A stretch of 64,000 nucleotides of DNA from Candidatus Paceibacter sp. Lineage in GTDB: Bacteria; Patescibacteriota; Patescibacteriia; Magasanikbacterales; UBA922. A program made the position numbers and the translations under genes. The notes under the pieces were generated by a model. It was not told the DNA's origin. It was given only the letters and a program-made list of their open reading frames with translations, and made no database searches. Every line of letters starts with the position of its first letter. Position 1 is the stretch's first letter. This document shows, in pieces, positions 1 to 8,850 of this stretch. The stretch spans positions 1,855-65,854 of the forward strand of contig DYFM01000005.1 of the NCBI GenBank assembly GCA_020725175.1, read 5' to 3'.

Positions 1-1076
1 TCAAGCAAACGTTTCAAATCGCCAAGCAGGCTGGTATTCGAGTAACTATGATAACGGGAGATCATCGACGAACCGCAGTCGCTATTGCTAAAGAACTAGG
101 ACTCAAAACCGATGACCATATGATTCTCGACGGCGCTGAGCTAGAAGAGATGAATGACACGCAACTTGCAGAAGCCGTAAACACCACAACGGTCTTTGCA
201 CGGGTAAATCCGAAGCATAAAATACGTATCGTACGAGCACTTCAGGCAAATGGTGAGGTGGTAGCCATGACCGGAGACGGTGTGAATGACGCCCCAGCTA
301 TCAAGGGTGCGGATATCGGTGTAGCGGTCGGGTCTGGCACAGATGTAGCGCGTGAGACCGCGGACGTAGTGCTACTGGACGATAGTTTTTCAGCGATTGT
401 TGCAGCGGTTGAAGAAGGTCGTCGTATCTACCAAAATGTCAAAAAAGTGGTATTATATCTTTTGGTCGGTTCTTTGGCGGAAGTACTTTTGATTGTTACG
501 AGTATTATTGCTGGCATGCCACTTGCTCTTCTACCGGCTCAAATTTTGTGGATTAATATTGTCAAAGAAACGTTTCCGGCAATTGCGTTTGCCTTTGATC
601 CGGGAAACCCCGGTCTCATGCGAGAACCACCTCGAAAAAAACAACGTTCTTTGTTTGATCCGATTATGAAGACGTTGATTGTAACAGTATCACTCGTAAC
701 AAATATCTTACTCTTTGTCGTCTTTGTATTCTATCTGAGAAATAATGAGACAATTGCTTTGGCGCGAACTATGATGTTTGCCGGTCTCGGTATAGGTTCG
801 TTGTTTTATTTGTATTCCATTCGAGCACAACATGAACCGGTTTGGAGTGTTTCTTTGTGGAACAATTGGTATGTCACTGCCGCTGTCTTGTTTGGTGCGG
901 CAATGATGTTGATTGGAATTTATGTTCCGCCGGTGCAATATGTTCTTCAGACAGTTCCATTGGATATTATCGACTGGATCGTTGTTATAGGTTTTTCGTT
1001 TCTTAATCTTGTATTAATAGAAATAGTAAAGTATGTTACTAGAAAACACAAATCATATGTTCAATCCTCCTCTTAG
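1..1076 (+). CDS. P-type cation-transporting ATPase, C-terminal part; the 5' end lies outside the window
   Basis: The translation contains the MITGDHRRTA and GDGVNDAPAIKGADIGVAVG motifs of the P-type ATPase hinge region, followed by C-terminal transmembrane helices. The ORF runs open to the window edge. Confidence 0.85.
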   Translation, partial: KQTFQIAKQAGIRVTMITGDHRRTAVAIAKELGLKTDDHMILDGAELEEMNDTQLAEAVNTTTVFARVNPKHKIRIVRALQANGEVVAMTGDGVNDAPAIKGADIGVAVGSGTDVARETADVVLLDDSFSAIVAAVEEGRRIYQNVKKVVLYLLVGSLAEVLLIVTSIIAGMPLALLPAQILWINIVKETFPAIAFAFDPGNPGLMREPPRKKQRSLFDPIMKTLIVTVSLVTNILLFVVFVFYLRNNETIALARTMMFAGLGIGSLFYLYSIRAQHEPVWSVSLWNNWYVTAAVLFGAAMMLIGIYVPPVQYVLQTVPLDIIDWIVVIGFSFLNLVLIEIVKYVTRKHKSYVQSSS

Positions 1077-1135
1077 AATGTATATCTCTTGATAGCCATT
1101 AAACGAATTAACAATTTATCTCATTATCTTATACT

Positions 1136-1720
1136 ATGCAACATATCAACACCACCTATCTCAACACGCTCAAAAATAATCTTCATGAGTATCACACCAA
1201 GCGCAGAGACATTATCAATAAATCAGGTGACGCGCAACATCATGCCAAACGAGCGATTTTTGCTATGCACCGAGGCGATATGAAGGAAGCCGATGAACGA
1301 TTGAAATTGGCCGGTGACACATTTATCAAGCTGTATAAAGAAATCAAAAAAGATGCCCGTATGCTGAACGAGGGCTCCTACCGTGCCGGAGTAGAGGAAT
1401 ATGTGGAAGCAATACTTTTTCATCAGTTTTTGACCAAAGGTAAAGTGGATAAAGTTCCAGGACTACCTATTGATACAGAGGTGTATCTCGGAGGGCTTTG
1501 TGATGTGCCGGGAGAATTGTATCGATATGCGATAAAATCCGCCAGTGAAAAGAACTTTGCGATGGTAAGACAGTGTGCGGAAATGGGAGAAGAAATAATC
1601 GGCGCGTTGATTGAGTTTAATCTGACCAGTTACTTGCGGAATAAGTTTGATCAAGCAAAGCAGGCGGTGCATAAGCTTGAGATTGTGGTGTATGAGGTTT
1701 CGTTGCGCAATGAAAAATAA
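1136..1720 (+). CDS. Translin-family protein
   Basis: AKRAIFAMHRGD near the N-terminus and EVYLGGLCDVPGELYRYAI ... KLEIVVYEVSLRN at the C-terminus match the conserved translin pattern (SKEAIFLLHR ... EDYLSGVLILASEL ... KVEEVVYDLSIRG). Confidence 0.55.
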   Translation: MQHINTTYLNTLKNNLHEYHTKRRDIINKSGDAQHHAKRAIFAMHRGDMKEADERLKLAGDTFIKLYKEIKKDARMLNEGSYRAGVEEYVEAILFHQFLTKGKVDKVPGLPIDTEVYLGGLCDVPGELYRYAIKSASEKNFAMVRQCAEMGEEIIGALIEFNLTSYLRNKFDQAKQAVHKLEIVVYEVSLRNEK

Positions 1721-1723
1721 TCA

Positions 1724-2305
1724 ATGGAAGGTATGGAAGTATATATTGATGAATCAGGAATTCATAAATTTTCCGGTTATAGTGTTGTTTGTTTTGTTTA
1801 TGTACAAACTGATGGAGTAAAAGAAGTAGAAAAAGCACTGATAAAAGTTGAAAATTTACTTGGAATTAGAAAGTTTCGTTGGTCCGATTTTGGTTCCAAA
1901 CGAGGATGGGTGGTACGAGAAAGTTTTATTCGTCATATAATACCACTACCGTTTCTTTTCAATATTATATATTTTCAAAACCCTATCGCATTTCATTCTG
2001 CTTTTGAGCATGTTCTACATTCTGTTATTCAGCATGATAGAATAAGGAAAATCATTATTGATGGTAAAAAATCGAGAACGTATTCTCGGCGCATAAAAAA
2101 TGTACTACGTAAACATAACATTTCTGTGAAAAAAGTAGTTATGGCAAATGATGGGGGTACTCCAGGGTTACGATTAGCAGATGCTCTTGCCGGGTTATAT
2201 CGATCACATATGGAGAAACCAACGAGCAAAACAAATGATCTGATAAGTTTAATCACTCGTAACAACAAAAAACCGTCCATTATGGACGGTCAGATTGCCC
2301 GGTAG
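1724..2305 (+). CDS. DUF3800-domain protein
   Basis: N-terminal VYIDESG and C-terminal LRLADALAG motifs are typical of DUF3800. The start lies 4 nt after the translin-like gene. Confidence 0.5.
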   Translation: MEGMEVYIDESGIHKFSGYSVVCFVYVQTDGVKEVEKALIKVENLLGIRKFRWSDFGSKRGWVVRESFIRHIIPLPFLFNIIYFQNPIAFHSAFEHVLHSVIQHDRIRKIIIDGKKSRTYSRRIKNVLRKHNISVKKVVMANDGGTPGLRLADALAGLYRSHMEKPTSKTNDLISLITRNNKKPSIMDGQIAR

Positions 2306-2467
2306 TTTGGAAGTCTTCCAAACTCTCCCCATACGGCGGATTTGTCCCGGGTTCTTGTTCTAGATAAACTATATCATTATTTAAGAAGATTGTCAATCAT
2401 TATGTCTCGATACATGTGCTGTGACTTAGACAATTAGCCAAAACCCTCTATTTCCTAAAATTAGAAA

Positions 2468-2535
2468 CAGAGGGGATTGGAGGACTGACGGTGGTGCTAG
2501 GAAGCGCCGGGAGGGGGTGTGTCAGTCCTTTTCGA
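2468..2535 (+). terminator. GC-rich hairpin (GGACTGAC ... GTCAGTCC) followed by TTTT; a terminator or small structured RNA
   Basis: An 8-bp perfect stem encloses a GC-rich 37-nt loop and is followed by a T-run. It sits inside a 630-bp ORF-free region. Confidence 0.3.
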
Positions 2536-2882
2536 ATGCTGTGGAAGTGATCATGAGGAAAATCCCCATAAAGAAGAAAAGAGGATCTTTCCCTTCCATA
2601 CAGTCCTCAATACCGATGGAAAGGACCCCAAGCCCCACATAAAATAGAAGATTTGCCACATTCTCACCTTTTCGCCTCCAGTCGACAACCAAGTCGTCCC
2701 AACCACGGGATAACTTGTGTCAGCAAGGCGAACTGGAAATAATAGCATAGAGAGAGAGTTGTCAAGGTCTTCAATGTAGGGTAAAATATCTTTGTTCTAC
2801 TCGGCTTTAGACGAGGTTTGGTTGACCTTTAGGTTAAAAGACTCAAAAAAAACGAATGCAGTTTGTGCTCTAAAGGGTACTT

Positions 2883-2905
2883 GCCCCCGCCTTCCACCCA
2901 AGGCG
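2883..2905. repeat. GC-rich hairpin repeat (CCGCC ... CCACCCAAGGCGGACA), copy 1
   Basis: The 16-mer ccacccaaggcggaca recurs identically at 4776-4791, and a related copy lies at 7803-7835. Confidence 0.5.
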
Positions 2906-2934
2906 GACAAGAAAAGTGGGCAGAATGTTGAACT

Positions 2935-4314
2935 ATGTTTATTAAACAAACCCTCAAAAAACTCATTCCCAAAAAAATCCTCAACCTTCGCCATCTTTTT
3001 TTTGCCTGGTATGGGGCAGTGAAATATCGACATCCGTCGGAGGAGCTTTTTGTGATTGGAATTACCGGCACGAGTGGAAAATCAACGACGGTTTTTTTGT
3101 TACGACAATTACTTGAGGCGGCCGGATACACCGTTGGTTCACTTTCTACAATTGATTTTTATATTGCCGGAGAAAACAAACTCAATGATCAAAAAATGAC
3201 CATGCTTGGAAAAACAGCCATTCAGAAATATTTACGCGAGATGGTTGATAAGCAGTGTGACATTGCAATTGTCGAGACAACTTCTGAGGGGCGGGTTCAG
3301 CATCGGCATCGGGTTATCAATTACGACATGATGCTTTTGACAAACTTATATCCGGAACATATAGAATCACATGGAGGATTTGACAATTATAAACAAGCAA
3401 AAGTGGATTTGTTTGAATATACCGGGAATGCAAAACATAAAAAACAGATAAAACATATAAAACCGATAAAACAAATTGAAAACAAAGTTGTGCCAAAGAC
3501 CGCAATTGTAAACGGTGAGAGTGAATATGCGAGAGAATTTTTACAATGTTCCTTTGATAATACATACATCTTTGGTAGAGAAAAACAATACAACAGTATA
3601 GCGATACAACAAAACAACAATACAACTACCGTCTCAAACATTTCAGTTGATAAAACAGGATTGCATTTTGCTATTGATGGACATACTATGAACGCGCCCA
3701 TGTTTGGTGAGCATAACGTGATGAATATTTTGGCGGCTGTGACAGTTGCTAAAACGCTTGGGATTTCGTGGAATGTCATAACCAAGGTTGTTTCTTTGTT
3801 TCAAAATGTTCCCGGGCGTTGTGAATTTATTCGTGAGGCGGAAAAACGAGGATTCCAAGTCATTGTTGATTATGCCTTTGAACCAAAAGCGATTGCGGCA
3901 TTGTATCATGTAGTTGACTTGTTACAGCCCAAACGTATTATCCATATATTTGGTTCTACCGGAGGTGGAAGAGATGTTGAGCGGAGATTTACGGTTGGGT
4001 CATTTGTTGCTCAAAGAGCTGATGTTTGTATCGTTACTGATGAGGACCCATATGATGATGATCCGGTAAGTATTATGAATGATGTAGCTTCAGCAGTCAG
4101 AAAAGAAGGAAAGAAAGATGGAGAAGGTTTATTTGTAGTCTTAGATAGAAAAGAGGCGGTGAGAACAGCTCTACAGTTGGCACGATCTGGGGATTTGGTG
4201 TTATTAACTGGAAAAGGAAGCGAACAAAAAATGTGCGTTGCGGGTGGAAAAATGATTCCTTGGGATGATAGAACAGTAGTACGAGAAGTACTCGCCGATT
4301 TACCAGAAGTATGA
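2935..4314 (+). CDS. Mur ligase family protein (MurE-like UDP-N-acetylmuramoyl-tripeptide synthetase)
   Basis: GITGTSGKSTT P-loop, Mur ligase middle and C-terminal domains. It also carries an in-frame 9-bp repeat insertion at about 3430-3485 encoding KHKKQIKHIKPIKQIENK. Confidence 0.7.
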   Translation: MFIKQTLKKLIPKKILNLRHLFFAWYGAVKYRHPSEELFVIGITGTSGKSTTVFLLRQLLEAAGYTVGSLSTIDFYIAGENKLNDQKMTMLGKTAIQKYLREMVDKQCDIAIVETTSEGRVQHRHRVINYDMMLLTNLYPEHIESHGGFDNYKQAKVDLFEYTGNAKHKKQIKHIKPIKQIENKVVPKTAIVNGESEYAREFLQCSFDNTYIFGREKQYNSIAIQQNNNTTTVSNISVDKTGLHFAIDGHTMNAPMFGEHNVMNILAAVTVAKTLGISWNVITKVVSLFQNVPGRCEFIREAEKRGFQVIVDYAFEPKAIAALYHVVDLLQPKRIIHIFGSTGGGRDVERRFTVGSFVAQRADVCIVTDEDPYDDDPVSIMNDVASAVRKEGKKDGEGLFVVLDRKEAVRTALQLARSGDLVLLTGKGSEQKMCVAGGKMIPWDDRTVVREVLADLPEV

Positions 4315-4327
4315 TATACTTCTTTTC

Positions 4328-4744
4328 ATGAACCAACTAGAGCACTCACAATCAGCCAGACGGTTTTTTCGTTCACGTCTGTTTTTACTTATACTACTAG
4401 GAATCGCTATTCTTATTTCTTTTAATTACGCTCGAGTATATTATCAAGATTATGAGATTCGGAAAGAAATTCGACAGCTTGAAGAAGAAGTGCGAAGTTT
4501 GGAACAAAAAAAGCTGGAATCGCTCAATATTTTGCAGTATGTAACAAGTAATTCTTTTGTGGAAGAAAAAGCGAGAACAGAACTCAATATGAAAAAACCT
4601 GGTGAGCAAGTCGCTATTATTCACACACCGTCCATCGAAATGGGAGAAGCTGTGGTATCACCTGAAGAAGACACCTTGACAGATGTCGCGAATCCGCTAA
4701 AATGGTGGTACTATTTTGTGAAGAAAAAAGGTTCTGAAGAATAA
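4328..4744 (+). CDS. Septum formation initiator (FtsB/DivIC-like)
   Basis: Single N-terminal transmembrane helix followed by a coiled coil (EIRKEIRQLEEEVRSLEQKK). It lies immediately downstream of the Mur ligase. Confidence 0.55.
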   Translation: MNQLEHSQSARRFFRSRLFLLILLGIAILISFNYARVYYQDYEIRKEIRQLEEEVRSLEQKKLESLNILQYVTSNSFVEEKARTELNMKKPGEQVAIIHTPSIEMGEAVVSPEEDTLTDVANPLKWWYYFVKKKGSEE

Positions 4745-4757
4745 ACGGTACATTTGA

Positions 4758-4797
4758 ATCCGCCGACAGTCCCCACCCAAGGCGGACACATGCTGCG
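4758..4797. repeat. GC-rich hairpin repeat (CCGCC ... CCACCCAAGGCGGACA), copy 2
   Basis: Shares the identical 16-mer ccacccaaggcggaca with the copy at 2883-2905. Confidence 0.5.
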
Positions 4798-4919
4798 GGG
4801 AAATTCATTACATGCTAGATATTACAAACAACAATTAATTCAATTAACCTCACTATTCTAATTAACCAATAAATTCATAAACAATAAACTCATTTATCAA
4901 ATAAACTAATATCTCTTTT

Positions 4920-6050
4920 ATGGAACAACATGAACACGAACAACAGCCTGTTCACGAAGAAACTACTCATGAGCAACCAGTAACCTCACAGGAATCACCT
5001 ACAGTAAGAACACAGCGATCCCCGTGGATTCTTTTTGGTGTAGGTATTGCTGCCGGGGTAGTAATCTGTGGTGCAGTCCTATTTACTACTGTGTTTCGAG
5101 GGACTGAACCAGGGTCAGATAGTAAGGTGGCAGGATTTTTTACTAATTTGGGAAACACGTTTAAAGGATCGGTTGCTTCAATCAATGGGAGTTCCGTATC
5201 TTATGCCAAATACGTAAGTGATTTGGCAACCTTGAAAAAATTTGTGGAAAACACTCCAGAAGCCGGGTTCAATTTTTCCGATGAAGAACTTTCTGATCAG
5301 GTACTCAGTCGCCTACTGATCAATGAACTCATGAAGCAAATGGCCGAGGATCTCGGAGTAAGTACCTCAAAAGAAGATATTGAGAAAGCCCGTCAAGACT
5401 TTTTGTCACAATTTGAAACAGAAGAGGCGGCAGCCAAAGAGCTTCAGGAACGATATGGTTGGACCTTGGAAGATTTCATGAATAATGTCGTGAAACCGGC
5501 TGTACTGGAAGGGAAGGTCTCTGAAGCATTTGCGTCGAGCACCAATCCGGAATTTGAAAAATATGGTGGTGTGCAACAAGTACGTGCCCGACACATTTTG
5601 TTCAAAGTAGATGATCCGGAAAAAGAAGCTGCGGTAAAAAAACAAGCTGAGTCTGTATTGCAACAAATCAAAGACGGCGCAGACTTTGCAGAAATGGCCA
5701 AAAAACACGGGAGCGATGGTACCAAAGACACCGGCGGTGATCTAGGATTCTTTGGCCGAGGGGCAATGGTACCGGAATTTGAATTAGCCGCGTTTGCTCT
5801 TGACGCAGGGGAGCTTAGTCAGGAACTGGTAAAAACTCAGTTTGGTTACCATATTATCAAAACCGAAGAAGTGCAACGTGGGTTAAACTTCCAACAGTAT
5901 TTAATTGATCGAGTAAAGAGTTCAAATATTAAAATTGACAAGGGTGTCCACAATCCATTTGAGGAGCTTATGAATCAACCATCTGTTTCTGATGAACCAG
6001 TAGTTGAGGTGGCTCCGGAAGAAACTGCTCCGGTTGAAGAAAACTCATAG
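4920..6050 (+). CDS. Parvulin-type peptidyl-prolyl cis-trans isomerase (PrsA/SurA-like), membrane-anchored
   Basis: PpiC-domain motifs ARHILFKV, GGDLGFFGRGAMVPEFE and GYHIIK. There is an N-terminal transmembrane segment. Confidence 0.7.
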   Translation: MEQHEHEQQPVHEETTHEQPVTSQESPTVRTQRSPWILFGVGIAAGVVICGAVLFTTVFRGTEPGSDSKVAGFFTNLGNTFKGSVASINGSSVSYAKYVSDLATLKKFVENTPEAGFNFSDEELSDQVLSRLLINELMKQMAEDLGVSTSKEDIEKARQDFLSQFETEEAAAKELQERYGWTLEDFMNNVVKPAVLEGKVSEAFASSTNPEFEKYGGVQQVRARHILFKVDDPEKEAAVKKQAESVLQQIKDGADFAEMAKKHGSDGTKDTGGDLGFFGRGAMVPEFELAAFALDAGELSQELVKTQFGYHIIKTEEVQRGLNFQQYLIDRVKSSNIKIDKGVHNPFEELMNQPSVSDEPVVEVAPEETAPVEENS

Positions 6051-6087
6051 TCACGTATCGGTACAGCCAATCATATCGGTTGGCTGA

Positions 6088-6158
6088 GCGGGATTCGTAC
6101 AGTGGCAGTACGCCAGCTTCCCAAGCTGGATGCGCCAGTTCGATTCTGGTATCCCGCT
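6088..6158 (+). tRNA. tRNA-Gly (anticodon CCC)
   Basis: I folded the cloverleaf by hand: acceptor GCGGGAT/ATCCCGC, D-stem GTAC, anticodon stem CCAGC/GCTGG with loop TTCCCAA, T-arm GCCAG TTCGATT CTGGT. Confidence 0.75.
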
Positions 6159-6169
6159 CTACCGACCGA

Positions 6170-6215
6170 TACTAAAAAAGAGAGTGCGAAATTGTACTCT
6201 CTCTTTTTTGTATGA
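6170..6215. terminator. Bidirectional rho-independent terminator between tRNA-Gly and folK
   Basis: aaaaaagagagtgcgaaattgtactctctctttttt: a hairpin flanked by an A-run on one side and a T-run on the other. Confidence 0.55.
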
Positions 6216-6232
6216 AGTGGTAGGGTAAATTA

Positions 6233-6718
6233 TTATTCTGCTGTGTGTAACATAATTCCCTTATCTCTCGGTAAACTTTTTTCTATATCAATCACTCGTT
6301 GGTTGAGAATCGGATGAAGGATGTCTGGTTCAATGTCTTTGAGTGGTGTCATGACAAAGAGTCTTTCGTGCATGCGAGGGTGGGGGATGGTGAGATGCTC
6401 GGTATCAAGCACTAGATCATCGTACAAAAGAACGTCGATATCAATGGTTCGCGGACCATTTTTTATGAGTCGTATACGTTTCATATCAAGCTCAATTGCT
6501 TGAGTGGCTTCCAAGAGTTCATCTGGATAGAGAGTGGTATCAAGTTTTACGACGCAGTTGAGAATCCATGGTTGATTTGTGTATCCAATCGGTTCAGTTT
6601 TGTAGAGTGGAGATACGGTTACAATGGTTCCAAGTTCACCAAGGCGTCGTACTGCGTCACGAATTTGCGATTCTGGCTTTCCTACATTACTACCAAGTCC
6701 TAAATATACTGTAGCCAT
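6233..6718 (-). CDS. folK: 2-amino-4-hydroxy-6-hydroxymethyldihydropteridine pyrophosphokinase (HPPK)
   Basis: VYLGLGSN, DIDVLLYDD and HPRMHERLFV are the HPPK signatures. Confidence 0.85.
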   Translation of the reverse strand: MATVYLGLGSNVGKPESQIRDAVRRLGELGTIVTVSPLYKTEPIGYTNQPWILNCVVKLDTTLYPDELLEATQAIELDMKRIRLIKNGPRTIDIDVLLYDDLVLDTEHLTIPHPRMHERLFVMTPLKDIEPDILHPILNQRVIDIEKSLPRDKGIMLHTAE

Positions 6719-6730
6719 ACAAATTAAAGG

Positions 6731-7543
6731 TTATTCTGATTGGGAATAGTGAATAGCATCTGAAATTTGGAGTGCGCGAGCTGTTTGTCTTACATCATGT
6801 ACACGAACAATTGAGGTACCATTTAGACTGGCAACGACATTGGCAGCGAGTGTTCCTTCCAGTCGATTAGTAACAGGTAGACCAGTAATATGTCCGATAA
6901 ATGATTTTCTTGAAGCGCCGACAAGCAGTGGAAATCCAAGATCGGTAAATTCAGACAACCGTCGTAATAGTTCAAGATTGTGCTGAACGGTTTTCCCAAA
7001 CCCTATTCCTGGATCAAGAATAATGTCTGAAATTCCGTCAGCCGTTGCGGCATCGATTTGACGAAGGAAAAATTCTTTGATTTCGGCTACTACATCGTCA
7101 TATGTAGGACACTCCTGCATGGTTTTCGGATCACCCTTCATGTGCATGATAATAGCGGTTGCCTTGTGTTCAGCTACAATATATCGCATTTTTGGGTCAG
7201 TAAGTCCGGTGATATCATTGATAATACTAGCGCCGTTTTCTAGCGCCACTTTTGCGACAGCTGGTTTAAAGGTGTCTACTGATATCGGAACACGAATTTC
7301 ATCTTTTAGTTCTTGTAGAATAGGGAGAATTCGATCAATTTCTTCTTCTGGCGGGATAATATCAGCTCCCGGACGACTACTTTGTCCACCGAGATCAATA
7401 ATGTCTGCCCCGTCCGCAATCATTACTTCGGTGTGGCGTAGCGCCAATTCAGTATTATGATAATAAATACCGCCATCGGAAAATGAGTCCGGGGTGATGT
7501 TGAGAATACCCATGATAGCAGTTTTGTATGGTGGAAGATGCAT
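6731..7543 (-). CDS. folP: Dihydropteroate synthase
   Basis: The pterin-binding motif GILNITPDSFSDGG and the overall DHPS fold pattern are present. I placed the start at the internal ATG (MHLPPYK...), because the longer ORF runs antisense through tRNA-Thr. Confidence 0.85.
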   Translation of the reverse strand: MHLPPYKTAIMGILNITPDSFSDGGIYYHNTELALRHTEVMIADGADIIDLGGQSSRPGADIIPPEEEIDRILPILQELKDEIRVPISVDTFKPAVAKVALENGASIINDITGLTDPKMRYIVAEHKATAIIMHMKGDPKTMQECPTYDDVVAEIKEFFLRQIDAATADGISDIILDPGIGFGKTVQHNLELLRRLSEFTDLGFPLLVGASRKSFIGHITGLPVTNRLEGTLAANVVASLNGTSIVRVHDVRQTARALQISDAIHYSQSE

Positions 7544-7707
7544 AGAACAGTGTTTACTGCTAATATTGTAATGTAATTTCAATTTTTTGCAAGAGGGGAT
7601 GTGGTCTTTGCTTATCTTGACCTTTTGACTGTTTTTATATATACTTTTTTTGCTTTTTGTTATCGGTATATAAAAGAAAAAGCAATATTCAGTAGTCAAT
7701 TTGCTAC

Positions 7708-7780
7708 GCCGAGATAGCTCAGTTGGTAGAGCGGCACATTCGTAACGTGCAGGTCGTGGGTTCAATCCCCATTCTCGGCT
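7708..7780 (+). tRNA. tRNA-Thr (anticodon CGT)
   Basis: Acceptor GCCGAGA/TCTCGGC, D-arm GCTC AGTTGGTA GAGC, anticodon loop TTCGTAA, T-arm GTGGG TTCAATC CCCAT. Confidence 0.8.
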
Positions 7781-7802
7781 CAATAAAAAAAATGTGGAGT
7801 TC

Positions 7803-7835
7803 TCCGCCCAAGGCGGATCCGCCTCGGGCGGAGAT
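7803..7835. repeat. Tandem GC-rich hairpins (TCCGCC-CAA-GGCGGA and TCCGCC-TCG-GGCGGA)
   Basis: Two adjacent short GC stems related to the CCCAAGGCGGA repeat family. Confidence 0.45.
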
Positions 7836-7857
7836 CCTCCGAGGTGGCTCAATCGGG

Positions 7858-7883
7858 ATAACGTGCAGGTCGTGGGTTCTTTG
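7858..7883 (+). repeat. Partial duplicate of the tRNA-Thr 3' half (taacgtgcaggtcgtgggttc)
   Basis: A 21-nt exact match to the anticodon-stem-to-T-stem segment of tRNA-Thr lies about 80 bp downstream of the gene. There is no acceptor stem. Confidence 0.5.
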
Positions 7884-8017
7884 AAAATACGAATTCGCCT
7901 CGGGTGGAAATCTATATTCTCGACTCAAAGAAGTTATTCACACGTTTAGACTTTCTAAACGTGTTTTTGTTCTAGGAGAAAAAAGGGAAATGTGGTATAC
8001 TTTGTTTTGTAAATCAA

Positions 8018-8085
8018 AAATCATAAATCATAAATCCAAAGTTGTGTTGTTGATTTTAGATTTATGATTTTAGATTTATGATCTC
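8018..8085. promoter_or_regulatory. Long imperfect inverted repeat immediately upstream of ftsE; candidate operator
   Basis: The arms atcataaatcataaatc and gatttatgattttagatttatgat flank a short spacer. The repeat ends 4 nt before the ftsE start codon. Confidence 0.4.
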
Positions 8086-8088
8086 ACA

Positions 8089-8769
8089 ATGATTACTCTC
8101 AATAACGTCTCAAAATATTATACCAAAGATAGTGTAGGGCTTCGTGATGTGCATCTGCATATTGATGCGGGTGAGTTTGTGTCTGTGGTGGGGCAAAGTG
8201 GAACAGGGAAAACTACTTTGGTAAAGCTCCTAATAGCCGAAGAGCGTCCAACTTCAGGTCAAATTATTATTGGTAGTTGGGATGTGACTCATATTCCACA
8301 TCGCGATGTGCCGTTTTTACGTCGTCAAATCGGAGTAATTTTCCAAGATTTTAAACTACTACAAAAAAAGACTGTTGCGGAAAATGTAGCGTTTGCGCTT
8401 CAGGTAGCAGGGGAGCGACCAAAACGTATTCGAGAGGTTGTTCCGCGAGTACTCGACATTGTAGGCTTGAAGCATAAAGCAGACCGTTACCCTGATCAAA
8501 TTTCCGGAGGAGAACAGCAACGAGTGGTTATTGCTCGGTCACTTGTTCATCGTCCAAAAATTTTAGTGGCAGATGAGCCAACCGGAAATCTCGATACAAT
8601 CAATTCACATGAAATTATTGAAATACTTAAAAAAATTAATGAGTTTGGAACAACCATTCTTCTCGTGACACACAATCGAGATATCGTGAACCAGCTTCAA
8701 AAGCGGGTGGTTACCATTCATGATGGTCATATTGTGTCCGATGAAGAAAAAGGGTCGTACCGACTGTGA
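8089..8769 (+). CDS. ftsE: Cell division ABC transporter ATP-binding protein FtsE
   Basis: Walker A GQSGTGKTT, ABC signature LSGGEQQRV, Walker B ILVADEPTGNLD. Confidence 0.85.
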   Translation: MITLNNVSKYYTKDSVGLRDVHLHIDAGEFVSVVGQSGTGKTTLVKLLIAEERPTSGQIIIGSWDVTHIPHRDVPFLRRQIGVIFQDFKLLQKKTVAENVAFALQVAGERPKRIREVVPRVLDIVGLKHKADRYPDQISGGEQQRVVIARSLVHRPKILVADEPTGNLDTINSHEIIEILKKINEFGTTILLVTHNRDIVNQLQKRVVTIHDGHIVSDEEKGSYRL

Positions 8770-8850
8770 CTAAGTATACTACGTCTGCTAAGTGGCTTAG
8801 TCAACTAAGTCAACTCAGAAAACTCAGATAACTCAGAATCAGAAACAGCT

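Noticed and set aside
2306-2934. RNase P RNA, tmRNA or SRP RNA in the 630-bp gap
   Set aside because: I looked for GGAAAGUCCGGGCUCC / ACAGAACCCGGCUUA (RNase P), a GGUUCGAAUCC-type T-arm with an acceptor (tmRNA), and the GGAA-tetraloop AGCAGCC motif (SRP). Only a partial CCGGGTTCT match was found, with no coherent set of conserved elements.
6731-7852. Track ORF extending folP upstream through the tRNA-Thr gene (MSHLGGSPPEADPP...)
   Set aside because: The extra ~100 codons are the antisense translation of tRNA-Thr and its GC hairpins. The DHPS homology begins at the internal ATG (7543).
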